DNA of 64,000 bases from Fervidobacterium sp. (GTDB taxonomy: Bacteria; Thermotogota; Thermotogae; Thermotogales; Fervidobacteriaceae): NCBI GenBank assembly GCA_049970055.1, contig JBMFNR010000003.1:165140-229139 (forward strand). The letters are read 5' to 3'. This document shows, piece by piece, positions 19,201 through 29,691 of this stretch. Position 1 is the stretch's first letter. Each line of letters begins with the position of its first letter. Below the pieces are notes generated by a model. The model saw nothing but the letters and a program-made list of their open reading frames with translations. It was not told the DNA's origin and did no database searches. The translations under genes were made by a program, and so were the position numbers.

Positions 19201-19482
19201 TTGAACAATAAAAAGCCAAATGAGAAGGGTAAAAAAATTGTTAATAACCTTGGCCACGAACTATCAAAGATTAATATCGTATCCAATTTTGGTTTTACAA
19301 TAGCTGGAAATATACTTGTAAGTATAATGATTGGTTTATTCTTTGGCAACATATTTGGAAAGACAAAATTGTTTTTGATCATATTTTCACTACTTGGTTT
19401 AGTTTCCGGTATTTACAACGGCATTAGATATTTGATGAAAGAAGTTGATCGTTATGAAAAAGAGGAAAAAGATAACAGATAA
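19201..19482 (+). CDS. AtpZ/AtpI ('ATPase gene 1') family small membrane protein
   Basis: Two TM helices (IAGNILVSIMIGLFFG...LLGLVSGIYN). First gene of the atp cluster. TTG after GAGGTG. Confidence 0.75.
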   Translation: MNNKKPNEKGKKIVNNLGHELSKINIVSNFGFTIAGNILVSIMIGLFFGNIFGKTKLFLIIFSLLGLVSGIYNGIRYLMKEVDRYEKEEKDNR

Positions 19483-19978
19483 CGAAAAAATACCTCTCAG
19501 ATTGCAAAAATCAAAATCTTACCAGCAACTTGTGAAGATGGCAAAAGGTTCACAAGATGAGGAAAGTTTAAGTGAGCACTTGTATGTGCCAAGGAAGATG
19601 AATTTTGATGAACAAACGAAAGCAGTTCTTAACAATATTTTAAAAAAGATTATTAAGAGACTTATCCCGCTGTTGCTAGTTGAGGTATCAGTTCTTTTAC
19701 TTTTTCGTACCTTTGATGCTATAATAGGAGTATCATTGGGGACAATCGGTGCTATTTTGGGTTTGATATTTATTGCAAGAAGCTACGAAGATTATGGTAT
19801 AATATCCATTGGGACAATAAGAATTCCAAAGGTATACGGAATTAGGTATTTTTTTTATGCCTCCTTGTTTTTACTTTCTGCGATACTGTCTAAAGAGCCA
19901 ATGTGGGGTATCATTGGAACATTTATTGGGATGATTAATTTAAAGTTTGTTGTTTATTTATTTTCCTGGAGGTGGTAG
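19454..19978 (+). CDS. atpI: ATP synthase accessory protein I (AtpI)-like membrane protein; start uncertain
   Basis: Four hydrophobic segments directly upstream of atpB; IRYFFY resembles AtpI. Confidence 0.6.
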   Translation: MKKRKKITDNEKIPLRLQKSKSYQQLVKMAKGSQDEESLSEHLYVPRKMNFDEQTKAVLNNILKKIIKRLIPLLLVEVSVLLLFRTFDAIIGVSLGTIGAILGLIFIARSYEDYGIISIGTIRIPKVYGIRYFFYASLFLLSAILSKEPMWGIIGTFIGMINLKFVVYLFSWRW

Positions 19979-19980
19979 AT

Positions 19981-20871
19981 TTGGCAGAGAAAACAAAAAG
20001 GAAAATCAGCACAAAAGCAAAGGTTCAACTGTTAATTTTTCTTTTGATTTATATTACAGTTGGCATTTTGAATGTGAAACTTGGTGGCCTTCCTCCAACA
20101 CCAGGTGAAGCTTTGAAGAACGTTGCCAACAGATGGATCGTAGGACCATCTAGCGGTCCATGGTACCAAAGAATCAACCCAATGACTGTTGCTATGTCTT
20201 TCGTGGTTATGGGTATAATCTTGTGGTTTGCTAAAGCTGTGAATAAAGAATATTCAATTGTTCCAAATAGGAAACAGTCATTTGCTGAATCCATAATGGA
20301 ATTCATCTATGACATAGTTCAGAGTAGTATCCCAGAGGAAAAATATGCTATTCCGGCGTTTAAGATTGCTACAACACTCTTCATTTATATAGCAGTCTCG
20401 AATCTAATAGGCGGATTTATCCCAGGCATATCAGTTGATGTTTCTAAAACGCTGCAAAATGGCGAAATTGTTAGAACAGTTAAATTTGTCTTATTCAGTG
20501 ATATGTGGGTACCGCCAACCTCTGATTTGAACACTAATTTAACATATGCTCTTATGGTATTCATAATTAGTCAGAGTTTCGGAATTAAAGCGAAAGGTAT
20601 AAAAGAATGGTTTAAAGGTTTTCTCGAACCTGTACCTTTCTTACTTCCAATGAACATTATTGGTGAATTGGCAAAACCAGTTTCTCATTCATTACGTTTG
20701 TTTGGCAACATTACAGGTGGTGGTATTCTCGTTCTGACATTGAGTTACTTTGTGAAATATATGTTTTTACCACCGTTCCTGTGGGGATATTTTGGAATTT
20801 TCTCAGGACTTATTCAGGCATTTGTTTTTTCAACGTTAACAATAGCGTATATTTCATCTCAAGTAGCGTAG
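19981..20871 (+). CDS. atpB: F0F1 ATP synthase subunit a
   Basis: PTSDLN, SLRLFGNI, IQAFVFSTLT. Confidence 0.96.
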   Translation: MAEKTKRKISTKAKVQLLIFLLIYITVGILNVKLGGLPPTPGEALKNVANRWIVGPSSGPWYQRINPMTVAMSFVVMGIILWFAKAVNKEYSIVPNRKQSFAESIMEFIYDIVQSSIPEEKYAIPAFKIATTLFIYIAVSNLIGGFIPGISVDVSKTLQNGEIVRTVKFVLFSDMWVPPTSDLNTNLTYALMVFIISQSFGIKAKGIKEWFKGFLEPVPFLLPMNIIGELAKPVSHSLRLFGNITGGGILVLTLSYFVKYMFLPPFLWGYFGIFSGLIQAFVFSTLTIAYISSQVA

Positions 20872-20911
20872 TAAATTCAAACAAACGAAAACTTAAGAAG
20901 GAGGTATTAGT

Positions 20912-21175
20912 ATGGATCAAGAAAGTGTGAAAATTCTTGCAGAAGCTATTGTAACAGCAGGAAAAGCTATCGGTGCGGGACTCTGTATGGGGCTTGGAGC
21001 TATTGGACCTGGTGTCGGTGAAGGTCACGTGGGTGGACATGCAATGGATGCTATTGCAAGACAACCGGAATTAACAAATGTTATTGTCACAAGAATGTTA
21101 CTTGCAGATGCTATAGCAGAAACCACAGGTATTTATTCTTTGCTTATTACCTTTTTGATACTTTTCGCTTTGTGA
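20912..21175 (+). CDS. atpE: F0F1 ATP synthase subunit c (Na+-binding signature)
   Basis: GxGxG motif, ARQPE loop, AETTGIY. Confidence 0.97.
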   Translation: MDQESVKILAEAIVTAGKAIGAGLCMGLGAIGPGVGEGHVGGHAMDAIARQPELTNVIVTRMLLADAIAETTGIYSLLITFLILFAL

Positions 21176-21185
21176 GGCGAGGTTT

Positions 21186-21671
21186 ATGGATTTTTTCGAG
21201 ATTAATTTAACTGCCCTTGTTCAGCTTTTGAATTTCTTGTTTTTACTATGGGTTCTCGATAAGCTGCTCTATAAACCTTTTCTCAACATGATGGAAAAAA
21301 GAAGGGGAAAAATCGAAGGCGAACTTGCAGAAGCTGAGAAAATTAGACTTCAGGCACAAGAACTAAAAAAGAAAGCTGAAGAAGAGGTGAAAAATGCTCG
21401 AATTAGAGCCGATCAGATAATATCATCAGCAAACACTGAAGCTGATAGAATTATCGAAGAAGCTAAGCAAAAAGCTCAAAAAGAAGCTGAAAAAATATTA
21501 CAAAATGCTCAAATTGAAATTGAAAGACAAAGGCAAGAAGCTCTACAGCAAGTTCAAACAATCGCCACAGAACTTGCCATCAACCTTGCAATGAAAGTGC
21601 TAAAAGGTACACTTGATGAAAAAGCAAAAAAAGAGTATCTTGCAAGGATTATAAGGGAGTATGAAAAATGA
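21186..21671 (+). CDS. atpF: F0F1 ATP synthase subunit b
   Basis: N-terminal TM helix (QLLNFLFLLWVL..LLYKP) plus a long coiled coil. Confidence 0.95.
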   Translation: MDFFEINLTALVQLLNFLFLLWVLDKLLYKPFLNMMEKRRGKIEGELAEAEKIRLQAQELKKKAEEEVKNARIRADQIISSANTEADRIIEEAKQKAQKEAEKILQNAQIEIERQRQEALQQVQTIATELAINLAMKVLKGTLDEKAKKEYLARIIREYEK

Positions 21672-22213
21672 TGTACTCGACAGTTGCAAGCAAGTATGCA
21701 TTAGCATTGTATAATGTTTCAAAAGCAAATAAGAAAACTAAGCAATACAAAGAGCTTCTCAAAGCCCTCGTGGAGATTTATGAATCTATCTCTCCGTATT
21801 TAAACAATCAATCCATTGAGCCTGAACAACGAGTTCAGGCTATTTTTGAAGTGCTTAAAGCATTTAACATAGAATATGACGAAGTTTTTCAAAGATTTGT
21901 TTATCTTCTGATCGTAAATAAGAGGGTTAAGTACATAAAGCAGATTGCAGCATTATTTGATTACACAATCTTTGAGGATGAAGGACTCATACCCGTTCAA
22001 GTTCAGTCTGCCACACCTTTTACAAAAGAAGAAGAAGAAATACTTGCAAGTTTTGTTGAAAAGTACACTGGTAGAAAGCCCGTATTTGATGTGAAAGTTG
22101 ACGAGGAACTGGTTGCAGGGGTTGTTTTAGAATTCTCTGGAAAAACCTTTGATGTCACAATTAAAGGAAGGCTTCAAAATTTAGCAAGAAATGTACTGAA
22201 GAGAGAGGGGTGA
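21668..22213 (+). CDS. atpH: F0F1 ATP synthase subunit delta
   Basis: [25 protein letters not shown]; position in the operon. Confidence 0.93.
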   Translation: MMYSTVASKYALALYNVSKANKKTKQYKELLKALVEIYESISPYLNNQSIEPEQRVQAIFEVLKAFNIEYDEVFQRFVYLLIVNKRVKYIKQIAALFDYTIFEDEGLIPVQVQSATPFTKEEEEILASFVEKYTGRKPVFDVKVDEELVAGVVLEFSGKTFDVTIKGRLQNLARNVLKREG

Positions 22214-22217
22214 TACC

Positions 22218-23741
22218 TTGAGATTAAACCCTGGAGAAATAGTAAGAGTACTGGAAAGCAAGATTGCTGATTACAAAGAAGAAATAAGGCTTGAAGACAC
22301 TGGTAAAGTAATACAAGTTGGAGACGGTATAGCGAGAGTATACGGTCTTAACAACGTAATGGCCAACGAAATGGTTGAGTTTGTTGAAACTGGTACAAAA
22401 GGGTTAGCATTTAACCTTGAGGAAGATAACGTTGGTGTAATTATTCTTGGTGATTACAAAGATATCAAAGAAGGTCATACAGTTAGACGATTGAATAGAA
22501 TAATGGAAGTACCAGTGGGTGAAGGGTTACTTGGACGTGTTGTGAATCCATTAGGTGAGCCATTGGATGCGTTGGGACCCATTGAATACAAGGAAACTAG
22601 ACCTATTGAGTTCAAAGCACCAGGTGTTATCTACAGAAAACCGGTTGATACTCCATTGCAAACTGGTTTGAAAGTTATCGATTCACTGATTCCAATCGGT
22701 CGCGGGCAAAGGGAGTTAATCATAGGAGATAGACAGACAGGAAAAACAGCAATTGCTATAGATACCATTATAAACCAAAAGGGTAAGGGTGTATACTGTA
22801 TATACGTGGCAATAGGTCAAAAAGCATCGGCAGTTGCAAGAATTGTTGAAAAACTAAGACAAACGGGTGCAATAGAGTATACAACTGTTGTCGTTGCCTC
22901 ATCGTCTGATCCTGCCACACTTCAGTACATCGCTCCTTATGCAGGATGTGCGATGGGAGAATACTTCATGTTCAATGGAAAAGATGCGCTCGTTATTTAT
23001 GACGACTTATCGAAACACGCTGTTGCATATAGACAGATTTCATTACTTCTTAGAAGACCACCGGGAAGAGAAGCTTATCCAGGCGACGTTTTCTATTTGC
23101 ATTCAAGATTACTTGAACGAGCAGCTAGACTTAACGAAAAATACGGTGGTGGTTCCTTAACTGCTTTGCCTATAATAGAAACTCAGGCGAACGATATATC
23201 AGCATACATTCCCACAAACGTTATATCCATCACCGACGGTCAAATTTACCTTGAACCTGGATTATTCTATGCCGGTCAACGTCCTGCGGTTAATATAGGA
23301 CTTTCGGTCTCTCGTGTTGGTGGCGCAGCTCAAATTAAAGCAATGAAACAGGTAGCAGGCTCATTGAAACTTGACTTAGCGCAGTATCAAGAACTTGAAA
23401 CATTTGCCCAATTTGCAACAGAGCTTGACCCAACAACTCAAGCGCAGATTACAAGAGGGCAAAGGCTTATGGAATTGATGAAACAACCGCAATATAGTCC
23501 GATGGAGGTAGAGGAGCAAATCGTAGTATTATTTTCTGGGATTAACGGTTATCTCGATGATTTACCAATTGCCAGTGTCAAAACTTTTGAAGATGGGCTA
23601 TTGAAATTTATTAACGAAAAATACGCGGATGTGCTCAGCGAGATAAGAACAACAAAGCAACTTTCGAAAGATACAGAAAACAAATTACATGAGGTTATAA
23701 GGGAGTACAAAGAAGAATTCGTAAAAGTTTACGGGAAGTGA
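22218..23741 (+). CDS. atpA: F0F1 ATP synthase subunit alpha
   Basis: [29 protein letters not shown]. Confidence 0.99.
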   Translation: MRLNPGEIVRVLESKIADYKEEIRLEDTGKVIQVGDGIARVYGLNNVMANEMVEFVETGTKGLAFNLEEDNVGVIILGDYKDIKEGHTVRRLNRIMEVPVGEGLLGRVVNPLGEPLDALGPIEYKETRPIEFKAPGVIYRKPVDTPLQTGLKVIDSLIPIGRGQRELIIGDRQTGKTAIAIDTIINQKGKGVYCIYVAIGQKASAVARIVEKLRQTGAIEYTTVVVASSSDPATLQYIAPYAGCAMGEYFMFNGKDALVIYDDLSKHAVAYRQISLLLRRPPGREAYPGDVFYLHSRLLERAARLNEKYGGGSLTALPIIETQANDISAYIPTNVISITDGQIYLEPGLFYAGQRPAVNIGLSVSRVGGAAQIKAMKQVAGSLKLDLAQYQELETFAQFATELDPTTQAQITRGQRLMELMKQPQYSPMEVEEQIVVLFSGINGYLDDLPIASVKTFEDGLLKFINEKYADVLSEIRTTKQLSKDTENKLHEVIREYKEEFVKVYGK

Positions 23742-23746
23742 TGTAA

Positions 23747-24571
23747 ATGAGTCGTGGTAAATTGCTTCAAATTAAAAGAAGGATAAGCTCCACGCAGTCT
23801 TTGAAAAAGATAACTAAGGCGATGGAAATGGTTTCAACTGCTCAGATAAAAAAGGTTGAAAAAAGGCTTCAGATGGCGAGGGAATTTCTAAACGAAACGA
23901 AAAATATCGTCGAAAAGGTTCACTTCGATGTGAAACATCCTTTCATAACAGGTGAAGGTAAAAGTGCATTGGTAATAATTGGAACCGATATGGGACTTTG
24001 TGGTTCATTTCCATCTGAAATTGTTAAAAGTGCACTGAACCTGGAAAAGAAAGAGCATTTTGATTACATCTACGTAGTAGGTGCAAAGATAGCACCTACG
24101 TTCAGAAAAAGGGAGAAGGTCGAAAGAATATACGAGCACGAATACGATACACCAACATTTGAATTTGCAAGAACATTGGTAAATGATCTTGTCAGTAAAA
24201 ACACTTCAAAAGTAAAAGTTGTATACGGACGATTTAGAAGTAAACTTGCCCAGATACCTGATGTATTTCAACTCACACCCTTCAATCAAGAGAGCAAGCT
24301 GAAGGGAGACAGGTACGAATTTGAGCCATTGGAGGACGAGTTCCAAATTAAGCTAATAGAATTTTATGCTTCGTCGGTTTTATTTTCTTTAGCTTTTGAA
24401 ACAAAGATAAGCGAATTGTATGCGAGGCAAAATGCTATGCGAAACGCTACCGAAAATGCAGAGGAAGTTGTCAGACTATTGACGGTTGAATATAACAAAG
24501 CGAGGCAGGCCTCGATAACGCAAGAACTTATAGAAATAGTAACTGGTGCTGATGCCCTAAAAGAGCAGTAG
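23747..24571 (+). CDS. atpG: F0F1 ATP synthase subunit gamma
   Basis: KITKAMEMV, DMGLCG, YNKARQASITQEL. Confidence 0.97.
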   Translation: MSRGKLLQIKRRISSTQSLKKITKAMEMVSTAQIKKVEKRLQMAREFLNETKNIVEKVHFDVKHPFITGEGKSALVIIGTDMGLCGSFPSEIVKSALNLEKKEHFDYIYVVGAKIAPTFRKREKVERIYEHEYDTPTFEFARTLVNDLVSKNTSKVKVVYGRFRSKLAQIPDVFQLTPFNQESKLKGDRYEFEPLEDEFQIKLIEFYASSVLFSLAFETKISELYARQNAMRNATENAEEVVRLLTVEYNKARQASITQELIEIVTGADALKEQ

Positions 24572-24577
24572 TGGTGA

Positions 24578-26026
<1,449 letters not shown>

Positions 26027-26040
26027 TATAGAGATATTAA

Positions 26041-26076
26041 GTCGGTGTTGGTTTTTCCACCACCGACTATTTGTTT
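26041..26076 (+). terminator. Intra-operon hairpin between atpD and atpC (partial terminator or mRNA stabiliser)
   Basis: GTCGGTG(T)TGG-TTTTT-CCA(C)CACCGAC followed by TATTTGTTT. Confidence 0.55.
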
Positions 26077-26112
26077 GGCAAAAAGCAGAACAAAACTGAG
26101 GAGTGTGGTAAA

Positions 26113-26403
26113 GTGAAGATAAAAATTGTTACACCTTACAAAGTTCTTGAGTTCAGCAATGCCAAGCTGCTTGTGTTTAAAACAGTTGAAGGAGAGATGG
26201 GTGTTCTTGACAAACGTGCACCGGTTATTGCCAAACTTGCCGTTACAGATGTTCGTATTAAAACTGACAACGGCGAGGAAAAGTATAAGGTTGTCGATGG
26301 TTTTATACACTGTGATGGTGAAAGCAATGTAACGATACTCACTGAGGAAGTAGGAAAACCTGAAGAATTTGACCCTCATAAGTATTTGGGCGATAAATTA
26401 TAA
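26113..26403 (+). CDS. atpC: F0F1 ATP synthase subunit epsilon (short, N-terminal domain only)
   Basis: IKIVTP, TVEGEMGVL, VVDGF. GTG at 26113 after GAGGAG. Confidence 0.9.
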   Translation: MKIKIVTPYKVLEFSNAKLLVFKTVEGEMGVLDKRAPVIAKLAVTDVRIKTDNGEEKYKVVDGFIHCDGESNVTILTEEVGKPEEFDPHKYLGDKL

Positions 26404-26434
26404 ATAGGATACGCTACTGGAGGTGTAACTTAGG

Positions 26435-27286
26435 TTGGATTGCATCGTTGTTGATAGCACTACCAAGTTAAGAAAGGATTTTTTAAAAGAAATAGAAAAT
26501 AAAATAAGCGTTAAAGTTGTTCCAGTTAGAGTTTACATCGACGATCAAGAATTTGAAGATAGCGATGAAATATTCGATAAGATAACTAAAGCTATCGAAG
26601 AGAATAAAAAATTGGAAACTTCATTACCTTCAGTTAGCCTGGTTGAAAAACTTTTTCAAGAACTTTCTTCTGATTACGAGCATGTTTACGTTTTATCAGT
26701 CTCATCAATGTTTAGCGGCACCTACAACTTATTTAGTACAATAGCGAGTAAGTATGAAAACATAGCAGTTTTTGATTCAAAAACTGTTAGTATACAGAAC
26801 ACTTACATATTTGAGCGTATGGTGAAGGATATTTTAAGTGGCAAAATTTTAGAGGATGATGATATAATATCCTATAGAGACGATTCAATGTTTTTGATTT
26901 CTGTCTTTGACACTGGTCGACTACATAAAAGTGGACGCGTAGGAAAGGTTGTTTCACTCATTGGTAAGATAATGCATATAAAACCTATACTTACTATCGA
27001 AAGAACAGGCGAAGTTGGATTGGTTGGGAAGGCGTTAACTAGTAAAAAGGTTTTAGATATATTGATTGAAAGGTTTGACGAATTTCTCCAAAAAAATACT
27101 AAGGAAACCAAGGGATTTATACTCTACGCTGCTGTTGGTAGTGAGAAATACAAAGAATACGTGTATGAAATAGCAAGATATTTTTCACTAAAGCCAATGT
27201 TCCTTGAGATTGGTTCGGCCGTCACCGGACATGTTGGCTTGGAAGGTTTTGGGATTGTCCTTGGCAAAGATATCAATGGTGAATAA
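26435..27286 (+). CDS. DegV/FakB family fatty-acid-binding protein
   Basis: VVDST, TSLPS, SSMFSGTY, DSKTVS, LHKSGRV, IKPIL, GHVG. Confidence 0.9.
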   Translation: MDCIVVDSTTKLRKDFLKEIENKISVKVVPVRVYIDDQEFEDSDEIFDKITKAIEENKKLETSLPSVSLVEKLFQELSSDYEHVYVLSVSSMFSGTYNLFSTIASKYENIAVFDSKTVSIQNTYIFERMVKDILSGKILEDDDIISYRDDSMFLISVFDTGRLHKSGRVGKVVSLIGKIMHIKPILTIERTGEVGLVGKALTSKKVLDILIERFDEFLQKNTKETKGFILYAAVGSEKYKEYVYEIARYFSLKPMFLEIGSAVTGHVGLEGFGIVLGKDINGE

Positions 27287-27298
27287 AAAAGATTTCAA

Positions 27299-28141
27299 AT
27301 GGGGGAAATGCTTGTGAAAAACATTTATTTATTTGATAGTTCAGCAGATTTTCAAATGGGTCTAAACTTCGGAGTACCAACAGATATATTTCCTCTCAGG
27401 GTATACGTTGATGAGAAAGAATTTATCGACAAAGTAACAATAACAGATGAAGAATTTTACAAACAGTGTCTTTCAGGAGCAAAAGTTGGCACATCCCAGC
27501 CGAATCAGGAAGAGATGAGAGAAAAATTATTGAGGTACTCGAAAGAATATGACAATGTGTATGTTGTCACGATCTCCCAAAAGTTAAGTGGCACATACGA
27601 CACGATTAGTTCAATAGTGAAAAACGAGAACTTAAAAAATGTTCACGTTCTTGATTCTAAAAGCGCTAGTGTAAAGACAACGTATGTACTTTACAGAGTT
27701 ATACACGCGGCTGAACACGGGTTTCGAATCACGCAAGAACTGGTTGATGATTTCATAAAAGAAAGTTTTCTAATTTTCACAGTTTCATCGCTGGAGCATC
27801 TGGAGCGAGGGGGAAGAATAGGAAAAGCAAAGGCATTAATTGGGAAACTACTTAAAATAAAACCTATATTATCGACGGATGAGGAAGGTTACACTGTGTC
27901 ACTTGACGTATCAAGAACTATCGATGGCTGTATAGCCAAGATGAGAGAGCTTGGATTTAAATTTGCCCAGAGCATCGAAAATCCAATTGTAATAGGTGGG
28001 TATGGAGTTGCAAGCATGAAACCACATTTGGATAAGCTTTTGGATGGTTTTAAAGTGCACTCAATAGCTCGAATTGGCCCTGGAATTGCGGCACACGTCG
28101 GACCAGAAGTTTTTGGATTTGTGATAGGCGGTTCGTGGTAA
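27299..28141 (+). CDS. DegV/FakB family fatty-acid-binding protein (second paralog)
   Basis: DSSAD, TSQP, SQKLSGTY, LERGGRI, IKPIL, AHVGP. Confidence 0.92.
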   Translation: MGEMLVKNIYLFDSSADFQMGLNFGVPTDIFPLRVYVDEKEFIDKVTITDEEFYKQCLSGAKVGTSQPNQEEMREKLLRYSKEYDNVYVVTISQKLSGTYDTISSIVKNENLKNVHVLDSKSASVKTTYVLYRVIHAAEHGFRITQELVDDFIKESFLIFTVSSLEHLERGGRIGKAKALIGKLLKIKPILSTDEEGYTVSLDVSRTIDGCIAKMRELGFKFAQSIENPIVIGGYGVASMKPHLDKLLDGFKVHSIARIGPGIAAHVGPEVFGFVIGGSW

Positions 28142-28150
28142 TTAAATACA

Positions 28151-28669
28151 GTGGTGCAAATTTCGACAGCAGAAGGGGGTTTTGTGATGATAAAAGATTA
28201 TCTCAACAGGATTGTTGAAGAACCATCGTCTTACGACTTTATTGTCTTTTCCTCACTTTTGTTCTCAATTGGTTTTGTTTTATCAATAATATCTAACGCT
28301 TTTTTCTTTATTGATCACGTTGCCGTTAAAGTATTTGTCGGGATTGCAAATACCGTATTTTTTATCGGAATTGTCGGTCTTTCGGTGATAATAAGTAAAT
28401 GGTTTAGAAATTCTGATGAAAAGCTTTTTACACTTTCCAATCTTTACATGACTTTTATGATACTCTTCTCATTTGTTGGTTATTTTGTTCCTTTTTTGTT
28501 CCTTGTTACAACTGCCTTGCTCATTTCACTGATTTTAACAACTGAAAGATTCATATTGTCAAATGAAAATTTATCAATTGGTAAAACAGCCACTTATTTC
28601 CTTATCACTCTGTCTTTCTACACCATGGAACTTGTGACCGAGCTAAACAAAGAAATCACTCGGAGGTGA
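28151..28669 (+). CDS. Hypothetical membrane protein (start may be 28184 or 28187)
   Basis: Four to five hydrophobic segments; co-directional within the operon. Confidence 0.7.
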   Translation: MVQISTAEGGFVMIKDYLNRIVEEPSSYDFIVFSSLLFSIGFVLSIISNAFFFIDHVAVKVFVGIANTVFFIGIVGLSVIISKWFRNSDEKLFTLSNLYMTFMILFSFVGYFVPFLFLVTTALLISLILTTERFILSNENLSIGKTATYFLITLSFYTMELVTELNKEITRR

Positions 28670-28673
28670 TTTT

Positions 28674-29228
28674 ATGGAAGTCAAGACATTTGCCAAAGGT
28701 TTAGAAATTTCGGAAGCTATGGTAACATATCTCGATGAAAAACTCGAGAAGGTAAGGAGGGCACTTAAAACCTTTGAAGAAAGGGAAGACCTAAGTATCG
28801 AAGCAAGGTTTGAAAAAGATGGACCGTTTTATGTACTTTTATTAAAAACACACTTGAATGGTAAAGATATAGTCGTTCAAGAAAAGGCAAATGATATCTA
28901 CGGTGTTATTGATTCTGCTTCGGATAGTTTTGAAAAAGCTGTTAAGAAAGAGAGAGAATATTACAAATCGCATCACAAATCGAATATTAAAAGTGCCGTG
29001 GAAATTCTTGCTGAAGAACTTACACCAAAATATGAACTCGATGAAGAAGATGAAAGAATTGATACAGTAAAAAGAGTTTTCCTTGCGAATGTTTCTCTTG
29101 AAGAAGCCTTAGAACAGATGAATGTAATGAAGCACGCATTCTTTGTTTTTAGAAACGTTGATACAGGCGAGATTAACTTGATTTATCGAAAGAATGGGAA
29201 GTATGGACTTATAGAATTTGAAGAGTAA
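28674..29228 (+). CDS. hpf: Ribosome hibernation promoting factor, long form (HPF/RaiA)
   Basis: S30AE N-domain (EISEAM..Y...KL, DIYGVID) plus C-domain (EEALEQM...H.FFVFRN..TGEINLIYRK...YGLIE). Confidence 0.92.
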   Translation: MEVKTFAKGLEISEAMVTYLDEKLEKVRRALKTFEEREDLSIEARFEKDGPFYVLLLKTHLNGKDIVVQEKANDIYGVIDSASDSFEKAVKKEREYYKSHHKSNIKSAVEILAEELTPKYELDEEDERIDTVKRVFLANVSLEEALEQMNVMKHAFFVFRNVDTGEINLIYRKNGKYGLIEFEE

Positions 29229-29262
29229 ATAAGTTAATACCAAAGTTATAATATATGGAAAC

Positions 29263-29293
29263 CAAGTGCCCCTTAGTGGGGCACTTGACTTTT
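29263..29293 (+). terminator. Intrinsic terminator after hpf
   Basis: CAAGTGCCCC-TTAGT-GGGGCACTTG followed by ACTTTT. Confidence 0.8.
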
Positions 29294-29313
29294 GTTGAAA
29301 GATAAAGTATCAT
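29285..29313 (+). promoter_or_regulatory. Sigma70-type promoter of the hydrogenase-sensor operon
   Basis: TTGACT-17 nt-TATCAT; the -35 box overlaps the right arm of the hpf terminator. Confidence 0.65.
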
Positions 29314-29326
29314 ATATTTAGATATT

Positions 29327-29344
29327 GTGTGAAAATATTCACGA
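29327..29344. promoter_or_regulatory. Probable Rex (NADH/NAD+ sensor) operator
   Basis: GTGTGAA-AATA-TTCACGA matches 12 of 14 positions of TTGTGAA-N4-TTCACAA, just downstream of the -10 box. Confidence 0.72.
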
Positions 29345-29385
29345 TATATGCAGTATGTTTACAAAACAAAGGGGTTGTGGAAAGT

Positions 29386-29685
29386 ATGAACAATTACAAT
29401 ACACACGGTAAATATTTAATTAGCATTTGTTTTGGAAGCTCGTGTCATTTGAAGGGTTCATATTTACTTAAGGAAAAAATTGAAGAACTTATCCAAGAAA
29501 GTAGCTTGACTAATATCGTCAAACTTAATGGTTCTCTGTGCCTTGGAAAATGTTCAACTGGTATAAATGTTTTTGTAGAAGGTAATTTAATGTCACATAT
29601 AAAACCGGAAAATGTTGATGCTGTTTTTTCGAAAGTGTTAGAGATTATCGAGAAAGACAAAAAAATAATGATAACGGTGAGCTGA
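29386..29685 (+). CDS. Thioredoxin-like [2Fe-2S] ferredoxin (NuoE/HfsA-like)
   Basis: ICFGSSCHLKG ... SLCLGKC: four-Cys thioredoxin-fold motif. ATG at 29386. Confidence 0.88.
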   Translation: MNNYNTHGKYLISICFGSSCHLKGSYLLKEKIEELIQESSLTNIVKLNGSLCLGKCSTGINVFVEGNLMSHIKPENVDAVFSKVLEIIEKDKKIMITVS

Positions 29686-29691
29686 TGACCA

